Origin: Candidatus Marinacidobacterales bacterium
GTDB lineage: Bacteria > Acidobacteriota > Vicinamibacteria > Marinacidobacterales > DATDRI01
DNA length: 64,000 nucleotides
Reading direction: 5' to 3'
Assembly: GCA_965219415.1 (NCBI GenBank)
Contig: CBDCNP010000002.1
Span: 5,280,001-5,344,000, forward strand
Below, in pieces: positions 1 through 10,122 of this stretch. The first letter of the stretch is position 1. Each line of letters opens with the position of its first letter. The notes beneath the pieces were generated by a model, which was given only the letters and a program-made list of their open reading frames with translations, was not told the DNA's origin and did not search any database. Position numbers and translations under genes: made by a program.

Positions 1-103
1 ACGATTGTAAAGCCTACGGCCCTGGCCCCGGCGCAAACACAGACACTAAGCTGCTGATTTATGGCCTATTTCAAAAGGGCTGAGTTTTGACACAGGACGG
101 GGT
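1..103 (-). repeat. End of an IS3/IS481-like element or MITE (copy 1 of a ~100-bp repeat), running off the window start
   Basis: Near-identical to 5075-5162 and (inverted) 15771-15873; terminal motif CCCCGTCCTGTGYCAAAACTC; truncates hsdR. Confidence 0.75.
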
Positions 104-214
104 GGCGGCTTCGCCTTCTAGGCTACCCTGTTCCAATGCGGCATCGCAGGGACTGCCGGTCAAGTCGGTGCAGATCAGCCGTTCGAGGCCGCGTTCGCTG
201 GTGTCGGTCGTCAC
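104..214 (-). pseudogene. hsdR: Type I restriction subunit R, N-terminal stub
   Basis: GGAGG RBS then [17 protein letters not shown], a typical HsdR start overlapping the hsdS stop (GTGA); cut at about 103 by the repeat. Confidence 0.7.
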
Positions 215-1652
215 ACCGTGGCCTCCTCCGTGGCGGCGTCGAGGTCGTCGCTGGGTTCTTCCTCGCCGTCCAATCAAGGCATCAGTCTCGTCGCGCGGCT
301 CGGGCTCCTCGGCCTTGTCTGGTAGCCGCGCTGCAGCCTCCCGCACGTCGAGCTTACCCGTGACCACGTCGGCGATCAGGCGGGTGCGATATTCGCGAAG
401 AAGGGCTATCTCAACCTCCGCGCGTTCCACCGCACGATCACTATTCGCCGTGGACTCATCCAAGAAGCGCAGTAGAAGCTCTTGTTCAGAAAGCGGAGGA
501 AGGGGCACTGGCAGGTCAGCGTATCTGTTAGCTCCGATGTTTTGGATCGTGGCAATGATGAATGTGGCATCCTTCCACATGGTGAACCCCGCGCTTTGAG
601 TGAACGCGAAGAAGAAGGCCGGGTGAAGGATCGAACGATTGGGCTGTGCTCGGATCAGGTAGCCAGCATGACACGCAACCCCGGCCTCCTTTTCTACCAA
701 AAACGCCTTGCCCACAGTCGCCCCGCTTCGTGCGAGTAGAACGTCGCCTGGTTCCACAAGATAGTCCTTCGCTGTTTGCGGCGGGAGGGAACGGAACGTA
801 TCTTTCCGCAGCGTCCCGTTCTTCGAGAAGTCAGTTATCCGCAGGTAACGGGGCCACGCCGGGTTGGTATGTTCTGCAGCAGTGTTGGCACCATAAGTCA
901 GCTTCCCCTTGATCAGATAACGAAGCCGTCTCACCTGCCAGTGCTCCGGCACCTCTCCCAGCCACTCCACGCCGGAGGGCTTGTAGGCCGGGTAGGGCAG
1001 GCTGGTGCGGAACGTCGATCTGGCCGGTGACGGCTTGGTGGATGATGGCCTGCTTCTGCTCCTCCAGCAGCGTGATCAGCTTCTGCTTGGCGCGGATGTA
1101 GCGCCGGATGCGGCGATCCGCATGGTCGAGGTAGCGGGCGATGGCGGATTGTTCGGTGCGGGAGGGGTAGGGCAAGAGCGATCGAGAGAGCTTCTCGTAG
1201 TCGATGTTCTGCCCCTGACGGATACCGGTCACGGAGAGGGATAGGTTCTCGATGTAGGGCTTCGACTTGAATACATGGGTTAGATATGCGTGGTTGTCCT
1301 GTTCAACTGGATAGAGGATTGTGTAGGCGGGGCTGATAATCCCCTGCTCTCGCGCATATTCGATACCACCCTGGAAAGACCGAAGGCTGATGACGAAGTC
1401 ACTGACGCGCACCAGCTTGAGCAGGTGTAGATCCTTCAGAGCAAGCACCGTGCGGTTCTCGTATTGCTCCTTGCGAACGACACCTTTCGTTTGAGTCGCC
1501 GCGAGCAAGGGTTCATCGGGGAATCCCTTCTCACTTCGTTCGCGCAGAAGCGTCTTCGTCCGCCGGAACTCCCAGTGCTCCGGCACCTCCCCCAGCCACG
1601 GTACCCCAGAGTCCTTCATCGCGGGATAAGGCTTGAGGTAGGCGATCATCAC
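211..1652 (-). CDS. hsdS: Type I R-M specificity subunit S (frameshifts near 1007 and 270)
   Basis: Two WLGEVPEHW repeats, two TRDs, [21 protein letters not shown] and [18 protein letters not shown] conserved regions. Confidence 0.9.
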
Positions 1653-2376
1653 AGTGCCTGGAACCCAGTCTTGATCTTCTGCGCCATGAGCTTGCGGCGC
1701 TCTTCCAGGAAGTCATCGTAGGCGGGTATCTCGCCGTCGAGCAGCGACTCCGGCAGACAATGGACGCGCAAGTTCGCACGTAGGTCGTCCGCACTGGTAA
1801 TTCCGCCGTACTTCTTCTTGCCGCCGTTGCACTGGTCGGCGACCTCGCGGAAGTACTGCTCGGGCTGCTTGTCCTTGATGGCGATATTGATCTCGCTTTG
1901 GGCGAGCACGAAGTTGGCAATCTGGTTGTAGCGTCTACGCGGGAGGCCCTGCTCCTTCAGATACTGCTTCGGATAGACGTGATGCCGGTCGCTCCGGTTC
2001 ATCAGCAGATCGCGAACAGTGATGTCGCGCGAGAGGAACCCCTTGTCGCCCAGCTTCACCTGGGCGGCCTGATACGCCAGGAAGTACGGACTGTTAGACG
2101 ATGACGTATCCATGAGCTGGGGGAGCATCCCGGTCCAGAAACTTGCGGGTAGCTCATTCCCGATTATCGAGTCGGCGTAGGGAGCTAGGCCTCGTGCCTC
2201 GATCTGGCGGATGTCAGTGTCGAAGGCGGTTTCGGGGCTTCCGGCGTAGCGGCCCCGCAGGATTGCCATCGCATACCAACGTCGTACGAGCCGCTCCAGG
2301 TCCGCCGCCGGCATCTTTTCGGCTCGGCCGCGCAAGTAGATGATGTAGGAGAAGTTGACCGCATTACGCCCCCCGA
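1649..2376 (-). pseudogene. GmrSD-like (DUF262/DUF1524) endonuclease, C-terminal part, truncated by IS1
   Basis: DRHHVYPK...[18 protein letters not shown]-like motif and [14 protein letters not shown]-terminus; frame runs into the IS1 IR at 2377. Confidence 0.7.
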
Positions 2377-3577
2377 GGTGCTTCCGCCATCAAGTGTTGC
2401 TACGCGGCTGCGGGCAGTGGTACAGGTGTGGAAGAGACCGGGTTGCGCGCCCTAGTGAGCAGGAAAACCTCGATCCGCAACCACAAAGGAATCGTCGTCG
2501 CCAAGAAGATGTCTCGAAAGGTGAGCCGTCGCGTGGTCAGACCGGCTTGCATAGCCGGAGTTCGGATCTCACGTCCGAACTTCAGAGCTCCGTGCGGTCG
2601 GACGAAGTTGTAATAGCAACGGAGCAACTCCAGGTGCTCATCGAGCCTCTCCGTCGAGCGAGCGTGGGAAAGCGTTCGTCTCGAAAGGTATGCCGAGCTT
2701 TGCCGGATGGTCAGATTCAACCGCTCGATGAACGACGTGTTCAATGTCGAGGAGTCCTCGGAGTTATTGAGCGCGTCTTCGAATCGCCACGCGGCTCCGT
2801 GCAGCACTCTGCGTTCGACCTTGATGATACGATCGTTCCTGCGCGTCTTGAGGACCTGGCCGTAGAGACACGCTGGCCCGAAGAAGCGACGGATGACCTT
2901 CTGGTAGAATTCGAATCCATCCGTGACGATCAAGGGAAGACGCTCGAAATTCATCCGCCTCGAAAGGTCGCGAAACAGAGCGTGAGTGTTCCGGTAGCTT
3001 CGCCTTCCCGTCACCGTCGATGGCCAGAGCCGAGACCAGACCTCGATCGTAACGAAGACCCAACTCGGCGTCTTCTTGTTGCCCGCGAACGTGCGAATCT
3101 CGTCGGCTTGAAGCTCTTCGGCAGCGAAGCCGGCGATCCTTCTGTGATTGAATCGACGACACACTTGGGCTGCCTTCTCGAGCCAGCGGGCGACGGTGTT
3201 CCAGGCAATCCCTTTGATCCGGGAAATCGCAGCAATGCTGACAACCTCGACTCTGAGGAGCGATGACCCCATCGAAAGTAGCTCTTCGATGTTGGAGACG
3301 GTAGTAGGGCGTGCCTTTCGTCGAAGAGAACGTCTTTCCGCACTCGCCGCACCGGTATCGACGGCGTTTCCCGGACCTCGTTCTGTAGAATCCGTTGTGA
3401 ATAATGCTTCTGGAACCGACTTTTCCATACGACGGACATACGGGATTGAGACATCTGCGATTCTTCACTTTGGCTCGGCCCTGACGATGAGAGAACTGTG
3501 TCTTCAGAATTCTGGTTCAAACTCTAGCACGCGAACGGGTTACGCGGCAGCCACCAACACTTCATGGCGGAAGCACC
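2377..3577 (-). mobile_element. IS1-family element (copy A)
   Basis: IRs GGTGCTTCCGCCATCAAGTGTTG (2377-2399) and CAACACTTCATGGCGGAAGCACC (3555-3577); no target duplication; different genes truncated on each side. Confidence 0.9.
2400..3468 (-). CDS. IS1-family transposase (1-nt insertion near 3257)
   Basis: N-terminal Zn ribbon CLNPVC...CGEC, HTH, DDE core QADE / VTDG / SFIERLNLTIR, RTPAMQAGL; copy at 17200 lacks the extra base. Confidence 0.9.
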
Positions 3578-4090
3578 GTGCGCTTGCTCCACCGCCTGCG
3601 GCACCGCGCGTGCCCACTTCACGTAGGCGCGCATCCGATCGGTAAGGGACGCGTAGGGCCGGGTGAGATAGACGTCGGGTGACAGACCCGGACCAAGCAA
3701 CCCGAAGCCGATGTAAAAATCCGGATTTTTCCATGGAGATTCGGCGCGTTCGATCCAGAAGAGGCTGAGATCGATGGCGGCGAGAAGATTCTCGCGCTCG
3801 AAACGCTGTTCTTCATTCAACGATTTCATGTCGAAACGTTCGCACTCATCACGCGCAGCGTGAAGCCGTTCGATCTCCGAACGCAGGCCCGCTTCGCTCC
3901 AGTCGGGCAGCCTCCCATCGAAATCATGGCGACCCGCCTGAACGGCAAAAGGTGGATTTGCCTCGAAGTACTCTTCCAGCGTGCGGTCGGTGAATGCATC
4001 CCACTTGGCGCCAGAATCAGGCAAACCCGGATTGCCGCAAGCGGCAAGGCCGAGAATCAAGAAAGACATTGTGATACGTTGCTGGCGCAC
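3578..4090 (-). pseudogene. DUF885-family lipoprotein, N-terminal part truncated by IS1
   Basis: Lipobox LAAC; YFEANPPFAVQAGRHDFDGRLPDWS motif. Confidence 0.75.
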
Positions 4091-4180
4091 GGGACTCTTT
4101 CCTTTTTCGACAAGCGCGAAGCTTGGCACATCAAGGCTGACGAAAGGACGCGCGCCACTCAACCAAGCTTCGGTTCCACG

Positions 4181-4660
4181 CTATTCGAGCCGTTCGGCAA
4201 CAAACCAGTTGCCCGTGACGAAGGTAAGCGTCAACTTGTCCCCGTCAAGCGCGTACGTTCCGGTCTCCGGCTCGCCTGTCGGGGGTTGCTGAATTGGGGA
4301 AGCCTTGTCACCGGGACGGATGGCGCTGGCGAGCATCACCTTGTACGTCACTTTGTTCCCTGGCCCCATGGTGTACGTTCCCACGTCGACAGTCAGATCC
4401 GCCAACTCACGTTCTTCGAGCTGGAAGCTCACGTTGATAGAAAAGTACTTCTCCGTAAATATAAGAAGCCCCTTGGCCGGGTAGTCTTCGCCCTGGAAAT
4501 GGTATGTCTTCATGCTCCAGACGCCGAGGAGGTCGTTCCCAGATCCCTGAGCTCCGCTCTCGGGCATTCCGAAACATGGCAAGGTAAAGCTGGCCCACAG
4601 AGTGATGACCAGTGTCGTCTTGACAAGTCGCCTCATCGTGCATTCACTGCCGCGATCCAT
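4181..4660 (-). CDS. Secreted lipocalin-like beta-barrel hypothetical protein
   Basis: Signal peptide; LLGVWSM, GTYT and GTYALDGDKLTLT motifs. Confidence 0.6.
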   Translation of the reverse strand: MDRGSECTMRRLVKTTLVITLWASFTLPCFGMPESGAQGSGNDLLGVWSMKTYHFQGEDYPAKGLLIFTEKYFSINVSFQLEERELADLTVDVGTYTMGPGNKVTYKVMLASAIRPGDKASPIQQPPTGEPETGTYALDGDKLTLTFVTGNWFVAERLE

Positions 4661-4884
4661 GTCCACTCCTTTCGATTAAGCTAGATAACACCCTCCCTGA
4701 ACAAGAGTCAAAATCGTCTCGTGTGCCCGAGGAGATTGTAAGTATTGGTGAAATGACGCTAAGACTTTACGGTGCATTAAATTACAGCCAAAATAGCGCT
4801 CACGACCTTCGCTGCGCGCTAAATGGAGCGTAAGCGCCTTTTTTGCAAAGGGATGCGTACACATCACCAACAGCAAACAGCGCA

Positions 4885-4979
4885 AGCACCCACGGCGCAG
4901 AGCAACCTCGGGGGGATGTACGACCAGGGCCTCGGCGTGCCACCGGATGCTGCCGAAGCGGTCGCGTGGTACCGCCGCG
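4885..4979 (+). pseudogene. Single Sel1-like repeat remnant
   Basis: AQSNLGGMYDQGLGVPPDAAEAVAWYRRA; cut at 4980. Confidence 0.7.
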
Positions 4980-5162
4980 CCTGTGCCTTCTATTTATTCA
5001 TCCGCGCGCCCCGAACTTGATCGGTCTCCGGTCTCCCGGGAGCATGTCTGCATGATCTCGCCGTTTGTTCGCGCTCGGCCCTTGGCACGGCCGCAAACAC
5101 AGACACTAAGTTGCTGATTTATGGGCTATTTCAAAAGGGCCGAGTTTTGGCACAGGACGGGG
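4980..5162 (-). mobile_element. Putative ~180-bp MITE derived from an IS3/IS481-like element
   Basis: Right part is the ~100-bp repeat; left boundary CCTGTGCCTTCTATTTATTCATC resembles the opposite end and interrupts the Sel1 frame. Confidence 0.5.
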
Positions 5163-5184
5163 ACCACCCGCGTGCCCCGTCCGG

Positions 5185-5733
5185 CTATTGGCTGACAGGG
5201 CTCATGAAGCCGCCGCTCACGGCGATCAGCACGAGCATGACACCCCACCCGGCCACGCACACCACCACCGCACGCCATGTCGTCGTGAAATCAAGCGCCT
5301 GCCGCACCGCCAGCACCATCGCGACGAGCATCCAGATCGGCACCGCCAGCAGAAACAGGTCGCCGAGCAGCCCTGGCAAGATGCCAAGCACGCGCAGCAC
5401 GCCTGGGGCCGCCGCGAACCCGGTGGTCCGGAGCAACTCCCCCACATCGGCGCGCGTCTGGGGCTGCGCGAAGACCTTGGTGCCGAGGACGTAGATCAGG
5501 ACGGCCCAGATGAGCCAGCCGAGCAGCGCCCCCAGGGTGCCGACGATGAGGTCCGCGCCCTGGCCCCCCGCCAGGCCGATACCGCCGGCCACGCTCGAGA
5601 GGACAACCACACCCATCGCCTGCGCGGTGGCTCTCGGATCCGCCTCGACCTCCTCGTAGATGTTTGGTTTCAGACGGGCAGCGCCAACGACGCGTTCAGC
5701 GAAGGTATGCATACGCCTGCAAGAGTGTGCCAT
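5185..5733 (-). CDS. YIP1-family membrane protein
   Basis: YEEVEADP..T.QA and LLRTTGFAAAPG motifs, AVRQALDF, about 5 TM segments. Confidence 0.8.
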   Translation of the reverse strand: MAHSCRRMHTFAERVVGAARLKPNIYEEVEADPRATAQAMGVVVLSSVAGGIGLAGGQGADLIVGTLGALLGWLIWAVLIYVLGTKVFAQPQTRADVGELLRTTGFAAAPGVLRVLGILPGLLGDLFLLAVPIWMLVAMVLAVRQALDFTTTWRAVVVCVAGWGVMLVLIAVSGGFMSPVSQ

Positions 5734-5981
5734 GCCTCGTTGTAATCCGCAAAAAAGAAGATCGGCCAGAAGCAGCCGACCATAGCAAGTCTAAAGCGCG
5801 CAATCAACGCTGGATGGACTTTTTGCGGAGCACAACCGGCACTGGTGACCTGACTCCCATTGCCGAAGTGAAGCAAGGTCAATCCAGAGTGGAGGGGAGC
5901 CGTGAACTCCAGGCCTAGCTATGATTCCGAAACGCCCTGGCGCGTGGGTCTTGAGTGCGTTTGTATTTTTGGACACGACGC

Positions 5982-6011
5982 GCGTAGCAACACTTGATGG
6001 CGGAAGGCACC
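5982..6011 (+). repeat. Isolated IS1 right IR remnant
   Basis: GCGTAGCAACACTTGATGGCGGAAGGCACC, the reverse complement of the copy-A end with 1 extra G. Confidence 0.8.
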
Positions 6012-6125
6012 AAACGGGGAGAAACAGATAGGCCGCGCCTACGGAGCACCGCGCCAGCCCTCGACCCTACCGGGGTTGCTACGTTTCTACCATCGGGAAG
6101 CCGCATGAGTATTTTGACCTCACGG
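6012..6125 (+). pseudogene. 3' remnant of an integrase-core (IS3/IS481-like) transposase plus IR
   Basis: GLLRFYHREAA-stop followed by GAGTATTTTGACCTCACGG; similar to the C-terminus at 16003. Confidence 0.6.
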
Positions 6126-6439
6126 CCGTACGTTCGCCACCTCGACTGGAGACGTGACGCTGACTGAGCGGGGTTCTGAATGGCCCCACAAGCGCGGCGC
6201 TACCACCCCGTCGTGTCCAAGAACACGAACGAGCTCAAGACCCGCGCTCACGATGACGCCACAGACCCGGGAGTAGAAAACGGCGCGTCTGTGAATCGGT
6301 GCGTCACCTGCTGACTCGGCTGCCCATCGGCACCGCGAGGTGCTTCCGCCATCAAGTGATGGAATGGACTCCTCCACTGACATAGACGGCATCGATGTGC
6401 CAAAGTCAGTCGAATACGCATCGAAAAGGAGGAGTCCGA

Positions 6440-7471
6440 ATGAAAGATACGACAATCGCTGTGGATCTTGCAAAGAACGTCTTCGAGATTGCCATCTCGG
6501 GAGAAGCGGGGAAGGTGTCCAAGCAACTCCGTGTGAGTCGACCCAAATTGGTGTCGTTCTTTGCCAAACAGAGCGCTGCCACCGTGCTTCTCGAAGCCTG
6601 CGGCTCGGCTCACTTCTGGGCAAGGACGTTCCGAAGGTTGGGACACGACGTCGTCCTGCTCCCACCTCACCTCGTGAGGCCGTATCGACGCGGGAGCAAG
6701 AACGACCGCGCCGACACGAAGGCGTTGCTCGAGGCCTACAGGAACGAGGAGCTTCTTCCCGTACCCATCAAGTCCGTGCACCAGCACACCCTCGCTGCGC
6801 TCCATCGCCTGCGCTCAGGATGGCTCTCCACACGGACCGCACGCATCAATGCCGTACGCGGGCTCCTGCGCGAACTCGGATTCATCATCCCAAAGGGCGC
6901 TCACTTCGTCGTGCCCGCCCTCTTCGAACTCGTCGAAGACGCTGATTCTGATTTGCCCGACGTGCTCCGTTCGCATCTCCGTGATGCCTGCTCCGAGATT
7001 CGAGAACTCAAGGACAAGTGCGCTAGCATCGAGCACGAGCTCAAGGCGCTCACCAAGCAGCTTCCTGAAGTCCAACGACTTCTCGCCATTCCCGGCATCG
7101 GACTTCTGGCCGCGACCGCCATCGTGGGCTTCGTCGGCGATCTTCGCCGCTTCCCATCGGGGCGCCGCTTCTCGAGCTACCTCGGCCTAGTTCCCAAGGA
7201 AAACTCCAGTGGCGACATTCGCCGCCTCGGACGCATCACCAAGCGTGGCGACTCCTACCTCCGTATGCTCCTCACCCAGGGCGGGCGCGCCGTGCTCCGC
7301 GCGGCGAACGTCAGCAAGAGCCCGCCCGACAAGCTCCGCGCCTGGGCTCGGAAGGTCCACCGCTCGCGGGGACACAACAAGGCCGTGATTGCTGTCGCCA
7401 ACAAACTCGCCCGGATCGTCTGGGCCGTCTCCACCCGCGAGAGTGAATTCCAGTCGCCGGTGGCCGCTTAG
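6440..7471 (+). CDS. IS110-family transposase/recombinase
   Basis: AGGAGG RBS; DEDD motifs AVDLAK, LLEACG, KNDRAD; GLVPKENSSG serine loop; GRITKRGDSYLR. Confidence 0.95.
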   Translation: MKDTTIAVDLAKNVFEIAISGEAGKVSKQLRVSRPKLVSFFAKQSAATVLLEACGSAHFWARTFRRLGHDVVLLPPHLVRPYRRGSKNDRADTKALLEAYRNEELLPVPIKSVHQHTLAALHRLRSGWLSTRTARINAVRGLLRELGFIIPKGAHFVVPALFELVEDADSDLPDVLRSHLRDACSEIRELKDKCASIEHELKALTKQLPEVQRLLAIPGIGLLAATAIVGFVGDLRRFPSGRRFSSYLGLVPKENSSGDIRRLGRITKRGDSYLRMLLTQGGRAVLRAANVSKSPPDKLRAWARKVHRSRGHNKAVIAVANKLARIVWAVSTRESEFQSPVAA

Positions 7472-7516
7472 ATTTAGAGGCTCCACTTTCGTGTTTTCCT
7501 TTTTCCCTTCCAAAAG

Positions 7517-7698
7517 AGGCTGCGACGATACCCATCCAACTGATGGCGTACCGGTCGGACCGGCGCGGGGTCAAGCCAATAGCAACACTGGCCCTAAGAG
7601 GTCGTTCAAAGTGATTGGCTCCTCGCGCGCGGATTTTCCATCATGGCCCGGAGCACCCAAGACGCTCCTCACTGAGGCCGAAGATACGTTTGCAGTCT
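7517..7698 (+). ncRNA. Predicted bridge RNA/seekRNA of the IS1111-type element
   Basis: Closing stem AGGCTGCGA/TTGCAGTCT; target loop closed by AGCCAAT/ATTGGCT containing TAGCAACACT and AAGTG; donor loop containing TTCCATCAT and AGATA. Confidence 0.8.
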
Positions 7699-8462
7699 GA
7701 CCCACTCGTCACGACGCGATGGATGCGCAGCTTCGATGGAAGATTTATTAAGAAAGGGGCGTGACTAGAAAGAAAGGGGCTTGACTAGAGGAGTCCAGAT
7801 ATGTTGCTACACGGCTGCGGGCAGTGGTACAGGTGCGGAAGAGACCGGGTTGCGCGCCCCAGTGAGCAGGAAAACCTCGATCCGCGACCACAAAGGAATC
7901 GTCGTCGCCAAGAAGATGTCTCGAAAGGTGAGCCGTCGCGTGGTCAGACCGGCCTGCATAGCCGGAGTTCGGATCTCACGTCCGAACTTCAGAGCTCCGT
8001 GCGGTCGGACGAAGTTGTAATAGCAACGGAGCAACTCCAGGTGCTCATCGAGCCTCTCCGTCGAGCGAGCGTGGGAAAGCGTTCGTCTCGAAAGGTATGC
8101 CGAGCTTTGCCGGATGGTCAGATTCAACCGCTCGATGAACGACGTGTTCAATGTCGAGGAGTCCTCGGAGTTATTGAGCGCGTCTTCGAATCGCCACGCG
8201 GCTCCGTGCAGCGCTCTCCGTTCGACCTTGATGATACGATTGTTCCTGCGCGTCTTGAGGACCTGGCCGTAGAGACACGCTGGCCCGAAGAAGCGACGGA
8301 TGACCTTCTGGTAGAATTCGAATCCATCCGTGACGATCAAGGGAAGATGCCCGAAATTCATCCGCCTCGAAAGGTCGCGAAACAAAGCGTGAGTGTTCCG
8401 GTAGCTTCGCCTTCCCGTCACCGTTGATGGCCAGAGCCGAGACCAGACCTCGATCGTAACGA

Positions 8463-9548
8463 GCAGCCTTTAACCAAGACATGGTGGGAGCGAAGCTCAG
8501 CCTAGGTCCACGCTCGGCGATACTGGGCCAGACCCCCTTCTCCCTACGGAGTTTTGTGAACGACGTCGCGGTGAGTGTTTTCGAGACGGTGCGCAAGGGC
8601 AATACGGCTTTCCCGTTCACGCGCGGCGATACGGACGAAGGGGCCTTCCTGCGGCCGATGGTTGCGACGCTTGGCACTCGCGAGCCTTTTTGGGCGATGG
8701 TGGTCCCGGCTTTCGGCAATACCGATCACTTGGTCTTTAACGATGGACGGGTTGGAGTCCCAGCGGTGTCCCTAGACAACTGGCCGGATCCGTATATCCA
8801 TTCCAGTGACGACGATCTTTGGCAAGTCGACCCGACTCAACTCGAGAGAAACGCCTTCGTCGTGGCCGCGACGGCTTACACCGTCGCTTCGTTGGGAGAG
8901 CCCCACGTCGACCGCCTCGCGGTCTTGCTGCAGGGAGGGGCGCAGACAAGGCTAGGACGAGACGGGGCGTCGGCGCTGGCGCGTCTCGTAGACGACTCGG
9001 CCGGATCCATTTCCTCTCGGTACAAGGATGCCGAGATGCTCCTCTCGGTGTCCACCGCTCGAGAGATCGCTACCATCGATTCCGCGCTGGTCCTGGTTTC
9101 CCCCGGCGGTGCCGGTGAGAGGCTGTTGAAGCAAGTCCGGGCACGGGTGAGCAACCTCGGTCGGACGCTTCAAGAAGACGTGGGTGCGTTCTACGAGGAG
9201 CGAACCGGCCAAGCTCCCAGGAGCGAGCGTTCCCCCCATGAAAAGGCGGCGGCCGAGAGAGTGCCGGAAAGGACGATGTCCCTAGCGGAGAGTTTGGAAA
9301 AAATGATGCGGAGAGGAGGCCCGGGTGCTGACATCGAAGGGTTGCATCGTCTTTATCAAACCGAGGTGCGCAACCTGGTTGATGGAAAACGGACCGTGCT
9401 CGATATCTACCGAACGGTGAGGGCGGCCTCACTCTCGGCCGGCGAGTGGTACTACAGTCCGGTCGAGCTCGACGATGTGGTCGCGGTGCTCGAAGCTTCC
9501 GAGAAGGCGGGCGCTATCCGCTTTAGAGGCGGTGATAGTAATCAGTAA
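8463..9548 (+). pseudogene. M28-family peptidase, C-terminal half (N-half at 17614-18552)
   Basis: AAFNQDMVGA, GNTDH.VF, WPDPYIHSSDD motifs; begins at the IS1 junction. Confidence 0.8.
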
Positions 9549-9602
9549 GCAGTAGTCAGTGATCAGTACTGATAACTGATTACGGTTCAATGAACACTGA
9601 TT
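9538..9602. repeat. Low-complexity palindromic ATCAGT/ACTGAT repeat tract
   Basis: GTAATCAGT...CAGT repeats...ACTGATTAC between convergent genes. Confidence 0.55.
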
Positions 9603-9675
9603 TCCTCGTATAGACGGAGGGGTCCACCTGAAGGTCTCTCTCAGGGGACTTGCAGAGACTCGGTTGGATTAGTCT

Positions 9676-9981
9676 CTATTCTTCGGACGTGCTCGAAGCA
9701 CTCGCCGCAGGGCCGCTCTTTGAGCGGTTCTTTTCAGATTTGGCTGTTTTAGAAGTGCTGTCGGAGTCAGAGTTTTCGTTCTTACTCGATGAAGGCTGGC
9801 CTTTGCGGGCGTAATCGGTGACGTACCACCCGGTCCCTTTGAATTGAATTGCAGGGGAGGATAAGAGCCGTTCGACCTTACCTTCGCACTTCACGCACGA
9901 CGTGAGCGGCGAGTCGGCCACCTTCTGTAGCATTTCGAAACGGTGGCTACAACTTTGGCACTCGTATTCATAAAGAGGCAC
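9676..9981 (-). CDS. FmdB-family zinc-ribbon protein
   Basis: PLYEYECQSC..FE..Q...CVKC...FKGTGWYVTDY. Confidence 0.9.
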   Translation of the reverse strand: MPLYEYECQSCSHRFEMLQKVADSPLTSCVKCEGKVERLLSSPAIQFKGTGWYVTDYARKGQPSSSKNENSDSDSTSKTAKSEKNRSKSGPAASASSTSEE

Positions 9982-10122
9982 AAAAATAACTATACCACTT
10001 GGGGGCGGATCGGTCAACCTCTTGAACCGTAAGGTGTTATGAAGAGGTGCCTTAGCCTGGCGCCCGCGCGGCGTCAACCGATCGTGGAAAACACGCTAAA
10101 CTCTAGCCGTGAGGGACCTTAC

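Larger units (their letters stand above)
6359..7801 (+). mobile_element. IS110 family, IS1111-type element
   Basis: Subterminal IRs TGGACTCCTC (6365-6374) / GAGGAGTCCA (7788-7797); TG core on both sides; long non-coding segment after the transposase. Confidence 0.93.
6339..8462 (-). mobile_element. IS1 copy B, 3' half, with IS110 inserted in its IR; broken at 8462 by an inversion
   Basis: IR start GGTGCTTCCGCCATCAAGTG at 6339 resumes as TTGCTACACGG at 7804; 7804-8462 nearly identical to 2397-3055. Confidence 0.9.

Noticed and set aside
2355-3266. Long antisense ORFs (e.g. 2355-3266, 18644-19531, 27791-28909)
   Set aside because: Shadow ORFs opposite well-supported genes in GC-rich DNA
3240-3270. 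Programmed InsA/InsB frameshift in IS1 copy A
   Set aside because: Copy B reads through this point in one frame and there is no A6C motif; it is a 1-nt insertion
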